This document shows, in pieces, positions 40,953 through 43,960 of a DNA stretch of 43,960 nucleotides (position 1 is the stretch's first letter; the number at the start of each line of letters is the position of its first letter). Source of the stretch: an uncultured Nitrososphaeraceae archaeon. Its GTDB lineage: Archaea; Thermoproteota; Nitrososphaeria; Nitrososphaerales; Nitrososphaeraceae. Position numbers and translations under genes: made by a program. The notes under the pieces are model-generated. The model was not told the DNA's origin and made no database searches. It saw only the letters and a list, made by a program, of their open reading frames with translations. The stretch spans positions 1 through 43,960 of the forward strand of contig CAVXZB010000068.1 in the NCBI GenBank assembly GCA_963765895.1, written 5' to 3'.

Positions 40953-42653
40953 TTGCAGACCCCACTTTCATATTATGAAGATTGGTATGATTCTAAGCGA
41001 AGGAAGCCTAATCTACAGATAAGGATCTTGAAAATGGTAACAAATAGAGGAAGATTAGCAATATGCGAAGCCGAGTCCTTCCTTGGAGGCCAGCGTATTC
41101 ATAAAGAGGTTTGGCAGTCTTTCAAGATCCTAGAAGAGAAGGGACTGATCAAGGAAATGCGAGATAGGAACCCTGGGCCTGGTCAGTTAATAGGTAAAGG
41201 TATGCCTAGAAATTATTATACCGTAACAGAGTACGGGCTTGTTGCATTAATCAAGGAAGGCCTTCATCCCTTACAATTCTGGAATATGCTCATAACTTAT
41301 TCTTCTGTCAAATTAAAGCAGGATCAGGGGTTAGATAGTATAGAAAGGATCTATGAGTTATACTTACGTCAATATCTAAAGTATTCAACAGGATTTGATT
41401 ACAATATTATTCTTCAGCTGGATCATTTCAATAAAATGTGCAAAGAATGGATTTATGGGAATACTTCTAGAAATGGCCCAATTACGTTAGCACAGAAGAT
41501 CTTGGAAATACTTGCACTAGCGGCTTCACATGATGGAATGACCATACAAGAGTTAAGTGCTAAAAGTAAAGAGGATCAAGAAAGCGTTAGAAAAGTTCTC
41601 CGGCAATATGCTTCAATCCCATCATATGAAAACCGACTTCTTCCAGACGAGTTTGTGAGCCTGGAACTAGATCTAGAGGACGCAATCCAACGAAATATTA
41701 TAATGGTCCAAATTACTAACAACGTCAAAAAATATTCTTTATCGTTATTCGGAATACTGTTAGTTCTTAATCTTGTACGATATCGCAATAGTCATCAGCG
41801 AAATCTTTACCCTCTCGGTAATTATTCGGTTCAAGAGGCATTCGACATAGTATCAACAAATTACAAGAACAAACTTCCTCTCATATTCGGCCAATGGGAT
41901 ATGTTAAAGGATATGTTGAAATTAAGTTCAGTCTATAACTTTGATGTCATAATTGATAGACATGCTCGTTCGAATTTTCTTCAAGGATCGGTCGTAATGA
42001 ATGGCAATAAGGAATACTATGAAACAATTCGAGATATAACTTTGTATAATAGAAAAAAGATGATGGATCTCTACAATGCAGGGATAACAGCGCTAACACG
42101 TCTCCATTCGAATATTGAAAATAAGGAAAATAATAATCGATACCGGGAGAACCCAAATACCTTGGCAATATACAGAAAGTTAATCGAAATTGGAGTCCTG
42201 CTTGGATATCATTTAAATCCTAGGACAATAGCAGGACTATCTACTGATAGTAAAGACGATCTTAGTTATGTCTATGATATAGAAGATATACCTAATACAA
42301 ACGTGTTGGAAAGATCATTTGCATATGAAATTACCTTTCTATATTATCTGAATCTGAATTCAGACTTCTTTTTTCCAATATTTTTTCCTCCTAATGATTA
42401 TCACCTTCAAGCAAATGCTCCTCAACCTTCAGAGAAGACAAAAGAGGAATGCTCCGCGAGACAGGCGGATGGATATTCGCCGGCGACACAAAAGACAAAC
42501 ACCTTACCGAAATCGCCAAGGGAAAGACTTACAGCTATTCTAAAAAAGAATAGGCAAGTGAAGGAGTGGTTTTCGAATTGTATAAACAACTGTATACAAT
42601 TCCGAAATGCGACGGATGAAATTATGTATAGATTCTATAGAGACATTAGCTAA
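40953..42653 (+). CDS. Large hypothetical protein with two wHTH-like segments
   Basis: QIRILKM...SFKILEEKGLI...YYTVTEYG and KILEIL....GMTIQELS...YSLSLFG; 566 aa, intact. Confidence 0.8.
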   Translation: MQTPLSYYEDWYDSKRRKPNLQIRILKMVTNRGRLAICEAESFLGGQRIHKEVWQSFKILEEKGLIKEMRDRNPGPGQLIGKGMPRNYYTVTEYGLVALIKEGLHPLQFWNMLITYSSVKLKQDQGLDSIERIYELYLRQYLKYSTGFDYNIILQLDHFNKMCKEWIYGNTSRNGPITLAQKILEILALAASHDGMTIQELSAKSKEDQESVRKVLRQYASIPSYENRLLPDEFVSLELDLEDAIQRNIIMVQITNNVKKYSLSLFGILLVLNLVRYRNSHQRNLYPLGNYSVQEAFDIVSTNYKNKLPLIFGQWDMLKDMLKLSSVYNFDVIIDRHARSNFLQGSVVMNGNKEYYETIRDITLYNRKKMMDLYNAGITALTRLHSNIENKENNNRYRENPNTLAIYRKLIEIGVLLGYHLNPRTIAGLSTDSKDDLSYVYDIEDIPNTNVLERSFAYEITFLYYLNLNSDFFFPIFFPPNDYHLQANAPQPSEKTKEECSARQADGYSPATQKTNTLPKSPRERLTAILKKNRQVKEWFSNCINNCIQFRNATDEIMYRFYRDIS

Positions 42654-42679
42654 AGAATGCTATTCGAGGAAAACAGCAC

Positions 42680-43792
42680 CTAATTCTTTATGTACGGCTT
42701 TAGCTGTCCTGAATCGATTAAGGACTGTATCAATAATTCAAATTCTTCCTGCTTCCTTACCAATGTCTGAATCTGTTGATCCTTTTCTTGCAGCTGTGCC
42801 GAAATGTCGGCGCCCCGTCTTTCTAGCTGTTGATAATCAAGAAATGTCAGATACGGCTCAATTTTTCGAAATAAAGCAGCTTTTTCATCAACTGTACGTC
42901 GGTAGTAAGTATAAGAACTATGTCCAATCATAAACTCAGAAAAGTCGCCGTAGCCTAGATCCGAGATAGTAGATTTAACAAAACGCCTCATAGAATGTAA
43001 TGTAATACGCCGGCGTCTACCATGATCAACCTCTTCCCTGTCACCCATGCCCATTCTATCTAATGTTTTGCCAAAGTTGGCAGCAAACTGATTGTATAAT
43101 CCCTGAATATCTGGGTTGCTTCTATTCACCGAGAATAATAAATCATGATCATTCCTTTCTAGGGTTTTATATTCAATAAGAGTCTTACCACTTTTCTCAT
43201 CTTTGGAACATATCCTGCGAGTGCGATGCTTATATTCTAACCATAATGAAAGTTGATGTACTGATTCCTGAGTTAAGAAAACAAATCGAGAAACCTTTGT
43301 CTTTGTGTACTCACCTCGTATATGTAATCTTGGGGGGTTGGCGATCAGATCATAGTCAATTAATCTTGTACATAGTGCCTCAGATGCTCTCATTCCAGTA
43401 GATGCAAGTAACATAACATAAGTCTTTAGTCTGATGTCAGAACACGCATTTATTATATTTGTGATATCTTCCTTAGTTAAAGCTTGTATATCTTTACGAA
43501 CCACCCTTGGTAGTTTTACTTTGAGCTTATATTTCCGTGGGCTAATATCGACATCGAAATATTCAAGAAAGTTCTTTGCAGTCGTTATTCGTTGTTTTAG
43601 TGTTAATGTAGATATGGCGTTACTTGTTTGGAGATATGCAATATAATTACATAAAACCTCATAGGGATCATGCAAGCTTTCTTTAATCATCTTTATGAGT
43701 TCGTCTAAGGTCAGTTTATATTCCATCATAGTAAAAGTGGCAAAGTTATGTAGTCTAAAACGATACTCGCGGGCTGATGAAGCGCTCATCAT
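42680..43792 (-). CDS. Tyrosine recombinase/integrase
   Basis: Catalytic set TGMRASE (R), TKTK (K), LHSMRR (HxxR), IGH (H), YYR (Y); C-terminal coiled coil; frame open to ~43927, so the true start may be upstream. Confidence 0.95.
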   Translation of the reverse strand: MMSASSAREYRFRLHNFATFTMMEYKLTLDELIKMIKESLHDPYEVLCNYIAYLQTSNAISTLTLKQRITTAKNFLEYFDVDISPRKYKLKVKLPRVVRKDIQALTKEDITNIINACSDIRLKTYVMLLASTGMRASEALCTRLIDYDLIANPPRLHIRGEYTKTKVSRFVFLTQESVHQLSLWLEYKHRTRRICSKDEKSGKTLIEYKTLERNDHDLLFSVNRSNPDIQGLYNQFAANFGKTLDRMGMGDREEVDHGRRRRITLHSMRRFVKSTISDLGYGDFSEFMIGHSSYTYYRRTVDEKAALFRKIEPYLTFLDYQQLERRGADISAQLQEKDQQIQTLVRKQEEFELLIQSLIDSGQLKPYIKN

Positions 43793-43960
43793 GCTGATAT
43801 TATTAATGTATTTAGATAATGCATTCTTAGGTGCAACAGGGGATGAAATGGAGACAACCTTAGTATCGCTTTTAGTTTTATGTGACAGGTTAGGATTAAT
43901 TACAAATATGATATTCGGATATTTATACTATTTGTATTTACATAGTTGTAAACTATATCA

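Larger units (their letters stand above)
37660..43960. mobile_element. Integrated plasmid-like element B (tyrosine integrase + Rep-like operon); may extend beyond the window
   Basis: Integrase, large wHTH protein, Cys-rich, AbrB-like and Rep-like genes; left edge placed at a cluster of three CGCCGGCG-type palindromes. Confidence 0.7.

Noticed and set aside
43008-43015. Palindrome in the integrase as proof of an SSV-type split att site
   Set aside because: It encodes an Arg run in an intact gene and no partner integrase fragment is visible; kept only as part of the palindrome finding
1-43960. CRISPR array, rRNA or tRNA
   Set aside because: No regularly spaced repeat-spacer series and no recognisable RNA gene; the palindromes are irregularly spaced and the Cas4-like gene has no cas neighbours

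Overview
AT-rich (roughly 35% GC by eye) accessory region. The gene families and archaeal-style promoters suggest a soil ammonia-oxidising archaeon (Nitrososphaeraceae); this is inference. I see no rRNA, tRNA or CRISPR array. Contents: (i) two copies of a module pairing a secreted WW-motif protein with a ~450-aa multi-pass membrane protein, each near stand-alone receiver domains; the second copy also has an unannotated 35-aa precursor (signal peptide plus pentapeptide GVALN), making it a candidate archaeal peptide-signalling system; (ii) two integrated plasmid-like elements of similar layout, one with a Prim-Pol/helicase and one with a tyrosine integrase and a Rep-like gene; (iii) an intact IS5-family (IS903-like) insertion with TIRs and a 9-bp TSD; (iv) a redox cluster (cNMP/TrxR-like, SDR, Zn-ADH); (v) a broken tyrosinase/beta-propeller fusion; (vi) a wHTH/OB-fold gene divergent from a Cas4-like plus HNH nuclease pair; (vii) a strongly over-represented palindrome (TT)CGCCGGCG(AA) that lies at the ends of several duplicated or truncated segments. 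Many genes carry frameshifts or nonsense codons; some single-base indels may be sequencing errors. All counts and alignments were done by eye.
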